From Nitrosotalea sp. (GTDB taxonomy: Archaea > Thermoproteota > Nitrososphaeria > Nitrososphaerales > Nitrosopumilaceae): a stretch of 64,000 nucleotides of DNA. Each line of letters starts with the position of its first letter. The first letter of the stretch is position 1. The stretch lies in assembly GCA_029850515.1 (NCBI GenBank), contig JARCRW010000017.1:8591-72590 (forward strand). The letters run 5' to 3'. The notes beneath the pieces are model-generated. The model was not told where the DNA came from. It did no database searches and saw only the letters and a program-made list of their open reading frames with translations. The position numbers and the translations under genes were made by a program. Shown here piece by piece: positions 55,338-63,911 of the stretch.

Positions 55338-56105
55338 TGTTGCAGATCTTTCTACAAGCAAGTCTTCCAAGGGCGTCCTAGAAATAATACAGTCAAGTTC
55401 CTTCTGTGTCATTCCAAATTCTTTTTTTATGAATTTAGAATTGTCTTTTGGGAACACATTACTCTCTAAAAGATTTTTAATTTCATCAAATAGTTTTTCA
55501 AGCAATGATTTTTTTCCAATCATCACAAGTATGGTACCTGTATTTGTTTTCATACCGACTTTGGATATGGCATCACTAATTTGTCTAGTACATGCAAATC
55601 GCATGAGAATATCAGTCTCAATTTTATTTGAAAGTAAAGTATCTGCTCTTTTAGCAGATAAAGAAATTGCCACTGTTTTTTTAACATGTCCCACATTCAA
55701 GACATACGGTGCCTGAATTCCTTGGATGACAAGATCTGGATATGTCTCCCGAATAGATTCAAGAAATTTGATTGGTTCTTTGACAGTTTTTTTGAGTAGT
55801 ACAAGTTCTACAGTAGTGTTCATCAAATCAAACTGTATTCTTTTTGATCTTCCGCCATGAACCACTGGGATTATGCTTACAACATCCCCATTTTTTAACA
55901 AGGTCTCCTTTCCTTGTAACACAGACGAGTCTACCCCATTTACTGCAACTAAGATATTGTCTTGGTCAAGCTGGGGCAAATTTGTAGGTATAGATACCTT
56001 GAGACGATCCAATAGAGCAAATATAGTGATACCATCACTTTGAATTTCAAGTTTATTAGATGAAAATGATTTTCTCGCACCTCCCAGAAGCTTGACTATT
56101 ATCAT
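55326..56105 (-). CDS. cgi121: Fusion of Urm1/SAMP/MoaD-like ubiquitin fold (aa 1-85, ending HGG) to KEOPS subunit Cgi121
   Basis: LVAVNGVD...LKNGDVVSIIPVVHGG, then Cgi121 motifs (IQGIQ...HV...SNKIETDILMRFACTRQISDAISKVG...LLVERSA). Confidence 0.88.
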   Translation of the reverse strand: MIIVKLLGGARKSFSSNKLEIQSDGITIFALLDRLKVSIPTNLPQLDQDNILVAVNGVDSSVLQGKETLLKNGDVVSIIPVVHGGRSKRIQFDLMNTTVELVLLKKTVKEPIKFLESIRETYPDLVIQGIQAPYVLNVGHVKKTVAISLSAKRADTLLSNKIETDILMRFACTRQISDAISKVGMKTNTGTILVMIGKKSLLEKLFDEIKNLLESNVFPKDNSKFIKKEFGMTQKELDCIISRTPLEDLLVERSATLFH

Positions 56106-56153
56106 GGTACCATCAAAAGATATGTTAGACTATATCGAATTTTTGTAATGTAT

Positions 56154-56414
56154 CTAGTTGAGTATCTGTTCTTCAATCTCTTCAGTCTCATCAACTGATT
56201 CATCTGGAGCAACCACTTCAGACTCTTTTTCTTTCTGCTCCTCTAGTTCACGTCTGAGGTAAGAAGAAATGTAACCCGCAATTTCGTTCTTTAGACCTTT
56301 AGATCTCACAATTGCAACTTCGTTTAGAACCTGTTTGTTGTGCGCAAAATCAATATCAAATTTTCCTTTATAAGTAGACATGAGTTCTGTGGAAATTCGT
56401 CTGATTCTATTCAC
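56154..56414 (-). CDS. rps17e: 30S ribosomal protein S17e with acidic C-terminal tail
   Basis: F-x2-DF-x2-NK...SKGLKNEIAGYI. Start set at GTG 56414 with TATAAAAA about 25-30 nt upstream. Confidence 0.93.
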   Translation of the reverse strand: MNRIRRISTELMSTYKGKFDIDFAHNKQVLNEVAIVRSKGLKNEIAGYISSYLRRELEEQKEKESEVVAPDESVDETEEIEEQILN

Positions 56415-56445
56415 GGATTGGATGGGCCAAAGGGGTTTTTTATAC

Positions 56446-57201
56446 CTATACACCAAGATACGAATCGACATTTCTTTCTACAACAAGCAGCATTTCGTCA
56501 TATGATTTGTTTAGAATACTAGCAGCACAAAAAAGGACGCTTGGAAGAAATGCTATTTGCGCAGTTTTCATGCCAAAGCACTTGGAGAACTTCACAGGCC
56601 CATCAGTTTCCAACAATATTTTGTCCTGATGAGTTTGTGAAAGAAGGACTTGCTTGTCATCAGAGTATACCATTGCAGGTCCATACGACACAAAACAGTC
56701 TAATTCCATTGCTTTTTGCAATTGTTTTTTGCTGCCAGAAAACCAATGAAGTAAAACGCCTTTTATAGAATAAGAAGGGAGTATAGAAAAAATTTCATCC
56801 AGAGTTCTTCTTGAGTGAACAGATACTGGTTTCCCAAACTTTTCTGCAAGCGAGAGCATCTTTTGAAACACTAATACTTGCCTTGAGAATCCAGCCTCGT
56901 CTGAGACGTATGTCTTGTCAAGACCGATCTCACCTATGCCAGATATTTTGTTAGAGTTTTGAGTAACTAGTTCCACCATTGCATGTAGATCATCATCTGC
57001 TTTTTCGGGATGAATTCCAATAAAGGGAAGAACGAGGGAGCTGCGCTTACTCAGATCAAGTGTGGATTTTGAGCTCTGGTTATCCATAGACACACAGCAG
57101 GCCCTAATTTTCATTTTATCCATTGTAGTGAGTATGCATTCCATGTCATCAGAATATTCGTTGTCTGATAGATGGATGTGAGTATCAGTCAGCCAAGTCA
57201 T
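56446..57201 (-). CDS. tatD: TatD family metal-dependent hydrolase
   Basis: DTHIH, GIHP, GEIGLD, SVHSR, LHWFSG, LLETDGP. Confidence 0.93.
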   Translation of the reverse strand: MTWLTDTHIHLSDNEYSDDMECILTTMDKMKIRACCVSMDNQSSKSTLDLSKRSSLVLPFIGIHPEKADDDLHAMVELVTQNSNKISGIGEIGLDKTYVSDEAGFSRQVLVFQKMLSLAEKFGKPVSVHSRRTLDEIFSILPSYSIKGVLLHWFSGSKKQLQKAMELDCFVSYGPAMVYSDDKQVLLSQTHQDKILLETDGPVKFSKCFGMKTAQIAFLPSVLFCAASILNKSYDEMLLVVERNVDSYLGV

Positions 57202-57299
57202 TTGTCACATATCTGAGCATGAAATAGTGTGTATAAATCGATCCGTGCATAGTTTTTTTCCACTCAAAGTCTTTTATCAAGGGTTTTTGGATTTATAAT

Positions 57300-57521
57300 A
57301 TGGTAACATCTGAATTTGGACTTTCTGTAATGTACAGAATTTTGAAAAAAGCAGGCGCGGAAAGAGTAAGTGATGAATCTGCCAACGAACTTCGAAGAAT
57401 ACTGGAAGAAATCGGTGTTTCAATTGCAAAAAATGCAGTGGAGATGTCAACACATGCAGGTAGAAAAACGATAAAATCAGAAGATATCAGACTGGCTGCA
57501 AAGCAATTTTCAAAATTTTAA
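57300..57521 (+). CDS. Archaeal histone (HMf family)
   Basis: RILKKAGAERVS...A...HAGRKTIK-x-EDI histone-fold motifs. Confidence 0.95.
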   Translation: MVTSEFGLSVMYRILKKAGAERVSDESANELRRILEEIGVSIAKNAVEMSTHAGRKTIKSEDIRLAAKQFSKF

Positions 57522-57562
57522 TCTAAAAGATTTAATTGTTCAAGTAAAGACATTTTGATCGC

Positions 57563-57634
57563 GGTGAGGTGGCAGAGTGGCTATGCGTTCGCCTGCAAAG
57601 CGAATCTATAGGGGTTCAAATCCCTTCCTCACCT
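57563..57634 (+). tRNA. tRNA-Cys(GCA)
   Basis: GGTGAGG/CCTCACC acceptor, TTCGC-CTGCAAA-GCGAA, AGGGG-TTCAAAT-CCCTT, U73. Confidence 0.96.
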
Positions 57635-57640
57635 TTGCTT

Positions 57641-58009
57641 TTATTCCATATGATTACTAGACATGGCATCACGAATGATTTTTGCTGCAGATTCTTTATC
57701 CTGTACTTCAAAGATGACTTTTTTGTACTTTTCATTATTTAGGGATACTGTTATGCATTTTTCCGGGTCATGCATTTCAAAAAACAAGAGACCATCTTTT
57801 GAGAGAAACATGCCGTCTTTTATTACACCCGGAAGGGATGCTCCCGCAATCTTTAGTTGTTGAAAAGGTTCCCAATAGACCTCATCAGTAGACACTGATG
57901 ATATATGATCTAGTGGAACGGTTACGCTTTTTCTTATTGCCAATATGATATCAATTCCATGAATTTCAAAGACAAGGTTTCTGCCTTCTATTTTGATAGT
58001 TCCAGTCAT
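57641..58009 (-). CDS. Hypothetical protein, probably PH-like fold
   Basis: LAIRKSVTVPLDHISSV...KIAGASLPGVIKDG-x-F...CITVSL...YKKVIFEV; resembles a widespread bacterial family (inference). Confidence 0.7.
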   Translation of the reverse strand: MTGTIKIEGRNLVFEIHGIDIILAIRKSVTVPLDHISSVSTDEVYWEPFQQLKIAGASLPGVIKDGMFLSKDGLLFFEMHDPEKCITVSLNNEKYKKVIFEVQDKESAAKIIRDAMSSNHME

Positions 58010-58086
58010 TATGGTGTTAGTGAGTTAGAGAGTCATAATTATATCATAATAACCTGCTTTTCTAAATAGGGCGATTTGTAGACAGA

Positions 58087-59847
58087 GTGAATTTGACTGA
58101 AAGAAGTAATGGTCTACTAGAATACATTCCGGGCGCAAAGCCTGTTTCATATCAGTACACCAATGGTCAACCATTGGATGGGTTTTCACAGAATGTCAAG
58201 GATAGTATAAAAGAATATGCGGAAAGTGCACAGAGCGAAGTTGAAAAAGGTCACAATTTCTTGCAGTGGGTTCTAACCAGAGTCTTTGAAGCAACGGAAG
58301 ATGATGCGACTGATGCCATAATAGACGGAGCAAATGATCTTGGAATAGATGCATACCTGCCAGTAGATTTCTCTGAAGACAAGATCTATTTATTCCAGTC
58401 AAAATATGGAACATCCCATTCAATTGAGGCCATTGCAAAGTTCAAGGAAGATGTCAAGAGGCTACAAGGAAGAGACATCTCCAAGATGCGTCCAGAACTT
58501 GCCCACTTGGTAACAAAAATTCAAGAAAAAAACCTCAAGATAGAATGCATCTATGTGACAGACCAGAAAGTGGAGGACGAGAATTTTGACGCAGTTGAAA
58601 TATACGATGTAGATGTGATAATACAGAAACTTTGGGACAGGATAAAAAAACCAGCAGCAGGCAAAAAAGCCCCCATCAAACTTGAAACCAAACTACGATA
58701 TCAGAATACGCTTCTTGGAATTTTAAAACTAAGAGAGCTTACCAATTTTGTCACAAAGAACAAGGACTATGTCTTTGAGTCAAACATAAGACAGTGGATG
58801 CAGTTCAAGACTACAGTAAACAAGGGATTGAGAGAAACTTTGCAAGAAGTACCTCACAAGTTCTTTTACTACAATAATGGGATAACAATAGTTGTAAGTG
58901 ATTTTGAGGAATTGGAGGATAATTCCATAATGTTACACTCCCCTCAGATAGTAAACGGGGCGCAGACATCAAATTCAGTATTAGATCACGCAAGACGTAC
59001 CCACAATTTGGATGGAAGTATAACGGTTACAATCATAAAGGCTGCAGATGAACTTGACCAAAATAACATTACAAAATATAGAAATTCTCAGAATGCGGTA
59101 AGAGGAAAAGATTTGGTATCCCTGATGGATTTTCACAAATCATTAAAATCACAAATGGAAAATATTCATTATTTTTATGAGATCCAGGGCGGCTCGTTTG
59201 ATACCAAGACAAAGTCTCATCAAAGTGAGTTTGTTGGAGATGCAATTTACAACAAATATCTGCCAGACAACCATAAAAAAGTCATAGTGGCAAAAGATGC
59301 CATACAGGCGTTTGTTGCAGGAATAGAACAAAGACCAACGGAGGCATATAGTTCTCCTGCGCAGTTCCTGCCAAGAGGTAGTAAGTATGACGAAGTCTTC
59401 AACGAGAAATTAAAGGATGATTATAGACTTCTCCTTTATCCGTACTGTGTAAAGGAATATGCAAAGAAAAACCTCAACTATGGAAAGAAAGGAGGTCACA
59501 AGACAAAAAGATATGCAACCTTGTTCTTTGTGGCAGTGTACTTTAAGATCCTTCATGAAAAGATCTTGTTTACAAAAGACGATTTTAAAGAAGACATATC
59601 CAAGCTAGAACCTGTATTCAAGAGTGTCAAGCTAAATCAACGCATACTCAAACTTACAGACACCATTGCTACCAAGTTCCTAGAAGATACTGTGGTTGAT
59701 GACGAAATGGCTGCTGCAAATACATACCATAATTTCTTCTCTCATCACGTATGGCAGGATTCCATGGTTCGTGTAATAGAGAAGAAAATAAAACAAGAGG
59801 AAGAAGAGATAATCAGCATTCAAAAAGTAGTCCAAGATCTTTTTTAG
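58087..59847 (+). CDS. AIPR family protein with N-terminal PD-(D/E)xK-like domain
   Basis: IIDGANDLGID...FQSK; FESNIR, VNKGLRETL, FFYYNNGITIV, QIVNGAQT, NSQN. Confidence 0.88.
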   Translation: MNLTERSNGLLEYIPGAKPVSYQYTNGQPLDGFSQNVKDSIKEYAESAQSEVEKGHNFLQWVLTRVFEATEDDATDAIIDGANDLGIDAYLPVDFSEDKIYLFQSKYGTSHSIEAIAKFKEDVKRLQGRDISKMRPELAHLVTKIQEKNLKIECIYVTDQKVEDENFDAVEIYDVDVIIQKLWDRIKKPAAGKKAPIKLETKLRYQNTLLGILKLRELTNFVTKNKDYVFESNIRQWMQFKTTVNKGLRETLQEVPHKFFYYNNGITIVVSDFEELEDNSIMLHSPQIVNGAQTSNSVLDHARRTHNLDGSITVTIIKAADELDQNNITKYRNSQNAVRGKDLVSLMDFHKSLKSQMENIHYFYEIQGGSFDTKTKSHQSEFVGDAIYNKYLPDNHKKVIVAKDAIQAFVAGIEQRPTEAYSSPAQFLPRGSKYDEVFNEKLKDDYRLLLYPYCVKEYAKKNLNYGKKGGHKTKRYATLFFVAVYFKILHEKILFTKDDFKEDISKLEPVFKSVKLNQRILKLTDTIATKFLEDTVVDDEMAAANTYHNFFSHHVWQDSMVRVIEKKIKQEEEEIISIQKVVQDLF

Positions 59848-60008
59848 AAAATTAACTTAGATGCGGCAGAACGATGACTGATAGGTTCTCTTGCAGGAGG
59901 TCCACATTAGCCATCTATCCTACCGCTGGTTTATTCTATACCTGCTAGTATTTAATATGGTTTTTACAAACATGATTTTTATATTGAACTGAATCGAGTG
60001 TTATCTAC

Positions 60009-60173
60009 ATGGTAGAAACACAACAATGTGCCATATGCAAAGGCCCTTTGGATCATGTTTATGTCCCAATGGAGTCTTGGAACATAAAAGGTCAGTTGTG
60101 CAGCAAATGCTACTCGAAAAAAATTGGGGAGCATTATCCAGGTACCCATGAAAGAGTAAACAAGTCAAACTAG
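60009..60173 (+). CDS. 54-aa zinc-finger microprotein (not in ORF track)
   Basis: Hand translation MVETQQCAICKGPLDHVYVPMESWNIKGQLCSKCYSKKIGEHYPGTHERVNKSN (CxxC...CxxC). Confidence 0.8.
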   Translation: MVETQQCAICKGPLDHVYVPMESWNIKGQLCSKCYSKKIGEHYPGTHERVNKSN

Positions 60174-60722
60174 AAACCAGCCAGTTTTGATTAGATCCTT
60201 ATCTTGTAATTCTCCTGTACCAGTAGCATAGCGCCAAATGTATGGCGCTTTGGTATCCATCTTTTTTTGTATCAGAATTAAAGATTCCAATTCAGAATTC
60301 ACATTCCCAGATGGCGTCCCACAACTTTGACAGAATTTGCATTTTGGGTCAATACCTATCGGCAAAGACTGGATTACCGGATATGCTCTACATGCAAGCG
60401 GCCGGTTTTCATATATTTTACATGCATATCCACCATGTGGAGATCTTTTACTTGATTTTGTATCAAGAAATGGACAAGTATTACCATCCAGGTCCTTTCC
60501 CATCATCTGATATGCAAGTATTGTTTGCTGCTCAGATTTTGTTTCAGACACACCTATTCTTGGCAGTATCGTTACCTCGATGTCATTTTTTTCTGCCAGT
60601 GATACTATTTTCTCTTTTTCTTCAGGCATGACAAGCACGCCAATCTTACCAAATTGTATCGCAGGGTAATACTCTCTTTCAATGCAACACTGAGAGCATC
60701 CTTCCACACAAGAAAAATCCAA
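60165..60722 (-). CDS. YkgJ family Cys-cluster (CxxCxxCC) Fe-S/Zn protein
   Basis: FSCVEGCSQCC, CPFL, CKIYENRPLACRAYP. Confidence 0.9.
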   Translation of the reverse strand: MDFSCVEGCSQCCIEREYYPAIQFGKIGVLVMPEEKEKIVSLAEKNDIEVTILPRIGVSETKSEQQTILAYQMMGKDLDGNTCPFLDTKSSKRSPHGGYACKIYENRPLACRAYPVIQSLPIGIDPKCKFCQSCGTPSGNVNSELESLILIQKKMDTKAPYIWRYATGTGELQDKDLIKTGWFLV

Positions 60723-60846
60723 TACCTTTCATATGCTAAAAAAGGATAAATTTCCTTTCATCAAAGACAAGATCTGATCCCTATAAGGTTTCCAAAGAGA
60801 ATAAATAGTAATACCCTTATATCACCAATTCCTATACTTTCTAACA

Positions 60847-61128
60847 ATGGTAGCATATAGAACAAGCATGCAGATAGTAAGAGATTTGCTTACTGTAACA
60901 GAAGAAAGCGGCATGAACGGCATTAATGTAACATCACTTCTAACCAAGGCAAACTTATCACATTCGAGACTTTCAAAATTCATAGACAACCTCACCGGTG
61001 CAGGCCTAATGAATAAGATAGAATACGACGGCAAGAACACATTTGTCATAACCTCAAAAGGTAAGCAATATTTGGAAACATACGAAAGATTCCAGAATCT
61101 CGCAGACTCTTTTGGTTTAGATCTCTAA
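60847..61128 (+). CDS. Archaeal winged-helix regulator (HTH_45-like)
   Basis: YRTSMQIVRDLL...TSLLTKANLSHSRLSKFIDNL-x3-GL...FVITSKGKQYL; paralog of 53583-53873. Confidence 0.87.
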   Translation: MVAYRTSMQIVRDLLTVTEESGMNGINVTSLLTKANLSHSRLSKFIDNLTGAGLMNKIEYDGKNTFVITSKGKQYLETYERFQNLADSFGLDL

Positions 61129-61374
61129 GCCAATTTTTCCATTATTTTAGATCAGAAATTAGATATTTTATTTTATTAAATTTTAAAAAAATTGCATTTA
61201 TAATTTTTCGTGAAAGATCACCCCCAAATTTGATCAGACATAACTTTGTAGCAAACAAATTTTTGGCAAACCACGCAATAAGCAACTTTGATCTAATGAT
61301 CGATCCTTGAAATCATGTCAAAGAACCGACAGATCTATAAAGGTGTAGTTTGGTTTATCAAAAGGGGAGTAATT

Positions 61375-61470
61375 ATGGGAGAGACATTAGTATGGTGGAA
61401 AGGACTTGCAAAAGAATTGGAATTAGATATAGAATCCCTTGACGAAAGAAAAGATGAAAACAGACTGTAG
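61375..61470 (+). CDS. 31-aa microprotein (not in ORF track)
   Basis: MGETLVWWKGLAKELELDIESLDERKDENRL; GGGGAG SD 5 nt upstream and CTATAAA about 35-40 nt upstream. Confidence 0.55.
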   Translation: MGETLVWWKGLAKELELDIESLDERKDENRL

Positions 61471-61500
61471 TTAACGTATAATATTTTTATAACATGATAA

Positions 61501-61574
61501 AGCCTCGAACGGGATTCGATCCCGCGGCCTAACGCTTACGAGGCGTTCGCTCTACCAGGCTGAGCTATCGAGGC
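61501..61574 (-). tRNA. tRNA-Thr(CGT) with A54 in the T-loop
   Basis: GCCTCGA/TCGAGGC acceptor, AACGC-CTCGTAA-GCGTT, T-arm GCGGG-ATCGAAT-CCCGT. Confidence 0.95.
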
Positions 61575-61627
61575 AGTGGTTCGCAATGTAATCAGAGTTT
61601 ATAAAAAGCCTTTGCGCTTTTGATTCA

Positions 61628-62926
61628 TTGAAAGTATCAATTTCAGGAGTTAGGGGAATTTTCGGCAATGATCTAAATCTTGAAGACATAATTCATTATT
61701 GCAGGAATTTTTCACGTCTTGTCAAGTCAAAAAAATGTGTAGTAGGCAGAGATACAAGGCCATCAGGCGAAATTGTAACCAATGTTGCAATTGCTTCACT
61801 TTTAGAAAGAGGAATATCAGTTTACAATCTAGGTATGTCCCCCACTCCAGTTATTTTCAGAGAGGCAAGAAAATATGGAGGCGGTTTGATAGTTACTTCT
61901 TCACATAATCCATTAGAATGGAATGGCCTCAAGTTCATCCTAGATGGTAGAGGCATCAATGAATCAGAACTAGAATACTTGGAAAGGAAAGACAAGTTTC
62001 AAAGAGAGGAGATTGGAACTGAAACACAAGTCGACTCGGGCTATATCGATGAGGCCATCAAAGTAATTGGCAATATTAAAAAATCATCAAAAATAGCAAT
62101 AGATGTTGGCGGAGGAGCAGCATTCAGTGTTGCTCCCCAGTTGCTAAGAAAATTAGGTTGCAAAGTAAGCGTCATCAACGGTACACCTGGCAAATCAACT
62201 AGAGGTCCAGATCCCACAAACGATCAATTGCCAGAGCTTGTTCAGGCATCAAAAAAAGCAAACATAGGTTTTGCTTTTGATCTTGATGGAGATAGACTAG
62301 TCGTAGTAAGGAACGGTAAAAAACAATCGCCAGACGTGACACTAGGTCTTGGTGTAGCAGGTGCGCTTGAGAAAGGATACAAGAAATTTGTCCTTAGCAT
62401 AGATACAAGTATTGCAATTGAGAAATTTATCAAACAGGAAGGCGGTCAAGTAAACAGATCAAAAGTAGGAGAAGCAAATGTTGTGGATTTGATGTTAAAA
62501 ACTAAATCACAAGCTGGCGGAGAAGGAAGTAGTGCAGGATTTATCCTACCAGAGTTTAACATGTGTAGAGACGGTCTTCTTACAAGCGGTCTCATTGCAT
62601 CAATGGTTGGGACAAAACAATTTGATGATATAAACAAATTCATGGAAGAATATCATCAAGTACGAACTAAGGTGAGTGCAGATTCTAAACTTCATAAGAA
62701 AACACTTGAAATCCTTTTGAAAAAAATGAGGAAACAGTCAAGTCAGATAATAACAATTGACGGAATAAAATCAATAATTGATGAAGATAGTTGGGTCCTG
62801 GTCAGACAATCAAATACTGAACACATTATCAGAGTCTCTGCAGAATCAAATGACTTGAATAAAGCTAAAGAAATAGAAAAACAGATCACCAAGTTGGTTA
62901 AACAAAGCTATGAAGAGTCCAGATGA
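61628..62926 (+). CDS. Alpha-D-phosphohexomutase (PGM/PMM/GlmM family)
   Basis: SISGVRG, GRDTR, TSSHNP, FDLDGDR, GGEGS, VRQSNTE. Confidence 0.93.
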   Translation: MKVSISGVRGIFGNDLNLEDIIHYCRNFSRLVKSKKCVVGRDTRPSGEIVTNVAIASLLERGISVYNLGMSPTPVIFREARKYGGGLIVTSSHNPLEWNGLKFILDGRGINESELEYLERKDKFQREEIGTETQVDSGYIDEAIKVIGNIKKSSKIAIDVGGGAAFSVAPQLLRKLGCKVSVINGTPGKSTRGPDPTNDQLPELVQASKKANIGFAFDLDGDRLVVVRNGKKQSPDVTLGLGVAGALEKGYKKFVLSIDTSIAIEKFIKQEGGQVNRSKVGEANVVDLMLKTKSQAGGEGSSAGFILPEFNMCRDGLLTSGLIASMVGTKQFDDINKFMEEYHQVRTKVSADSKLHKKTLEILLKKMRKQSSQIITIDGIKSIIDEDSWVLVRQSNTEHIIRVSAESNDLNKAKEIEKQITKLVKQSYEESR

Positions 62927-63869
62927 GACAAAAATAATCAAGACATTTCAAAGTAGATTCAGAAAAAAATCAAGATTTCAACCAGAAGATGTTGAGGTCC
63001 TGAAGATAAAAAATGCTAAATTTGTTGTAAAATCAGATATGTTGGTACAGAGCACTGACGTTCCTACAGGGATGAAACTTGGAGAGATTGCAAGAAAAAG
63101 TTTAGTTTCATGCGTAAGCGACTTTGCATGCAAGGGAATCAAGCCCATATTTGCTACTATTGCATTAGCAATACCACGTGATTTTACTCAAAAAATGATC
63201 AATGAATTGGCAGACGGTTTTCTGAAATCATCCAAGGAGTTCGGATTGCACATAGTAGGAGGAGATACTAACGAAGGAAAGGAGTTGGTTATCGAAGTAT
63301 CCATGTTTGGAGACAGTAGTAAGAAAATGCCATCAAGAGGAGGTGCAAAAGCAGGAGACATTGTAATAACATCTGGGCCTTTTGGCTATTCTTCAGCAGG
63401 TTTGAAGATTGTTCTGAATGGCTACAAGGTAAAATCCCAGGCTGCGAAAGGATTCAGAAAAGCAATCTTTAGGCCAACCCCCAGATTAGCTTTTGGACTA
63501 AGGGCTGCTAGATATTTTTCATCGTCAATGGATTCTAGCGATGGACTTGCGATAACACTAAATGATATGAGTGAACAGAGCAAGAAAAAATTTGTGATAA
63601 CCAGTGTACCCACCGAAAATAATGTAATCAAATTTGCACGCCAAAATAAAATAAATCTTGAGGATCTAGTGTTTTGTGGTGGCGAAGAATATGAAATTGT
63701 ATTCACAATACATCCAAGAGATTTGAACAGAGTTAGGAATTTAGCAAAGAAAATGTGTATTTCACTATATGAGATAGGCCATGCAACCAACGGAAAAAAC
63801 GTGGTTTTGGTTGACAGCGATAGATCCAGAGTCATTAAGAGATGTGGTTGGACGCACCTTAGATCCTAA
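62910..63869 (+). CDS. thiL: Thiamine-monophosphate kinase
   Basis: SDMLV, VSDFACKG, VGGDT, MDSSDGL, GGEEYE. Confidence 0.92.
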   Translation: MKSPDETKIIKTFQSRFRKKSRFQPEDVEVLKIKNAKFVVKSDMLVQSTDVPTGMKLGEIARKSLVSCVSDFACKGIKPIFATIALAIPRDFTQKMINELADGFLKSSKEFGLHIVGGDTNEGKELVIEVSMFGDSSKKMPSRGGAKAGDIVITSGPFGYSSAGLKIVLNGYKVKSQAAKGFRKAIFRPTPRLAFGLRAARYFSSSMDSSDGLAITLNDMSEQSKKKFVITSVPTENNVIKFARQNKINLEDLVFCGGEEYEIVFTIHPRDLNRVRNLAKKMCISLYEIGHATNGKNVVLVDSDRSRVIKRCGWTHLRS

Positions 63870-63911
63870 TGTAGTCAACACAATGCACTGGTCTAATAGC
63901 CATTCAACGCT

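Noticed and set aside
59860-59930. Slightly GC-richer patch with GATGA-CTGA after the AIPR gene (possible C/D sRNA or 20-aa ORF)
   Set aside because: C-like and D-like boxes abut with no guide region, and the hairpin is weak.
57634-61501. Integrated element between tRNA-Cys and tRNA-Thr
   Set aside because: I saw no duplicated tRNA 3' end (att site), integrase or transposase, and no obvious compositional shift; YkgJ, wHTH and Zn-finger genes look like ordinary residents.
198-63835. The many 60-185 aa antisense or alternative-frame ORFs in the track (e.g. 3087-3644, 17430-17840, 38700-39119, 49041-49538, 51121-51636, 63422-63835)
   Set aside because: They lie wholly within well-supported genes, mostly on the opposite strand, and show shadow-ORF composition (Ser/Phe/Leu/Ile-rich) with no motifs.
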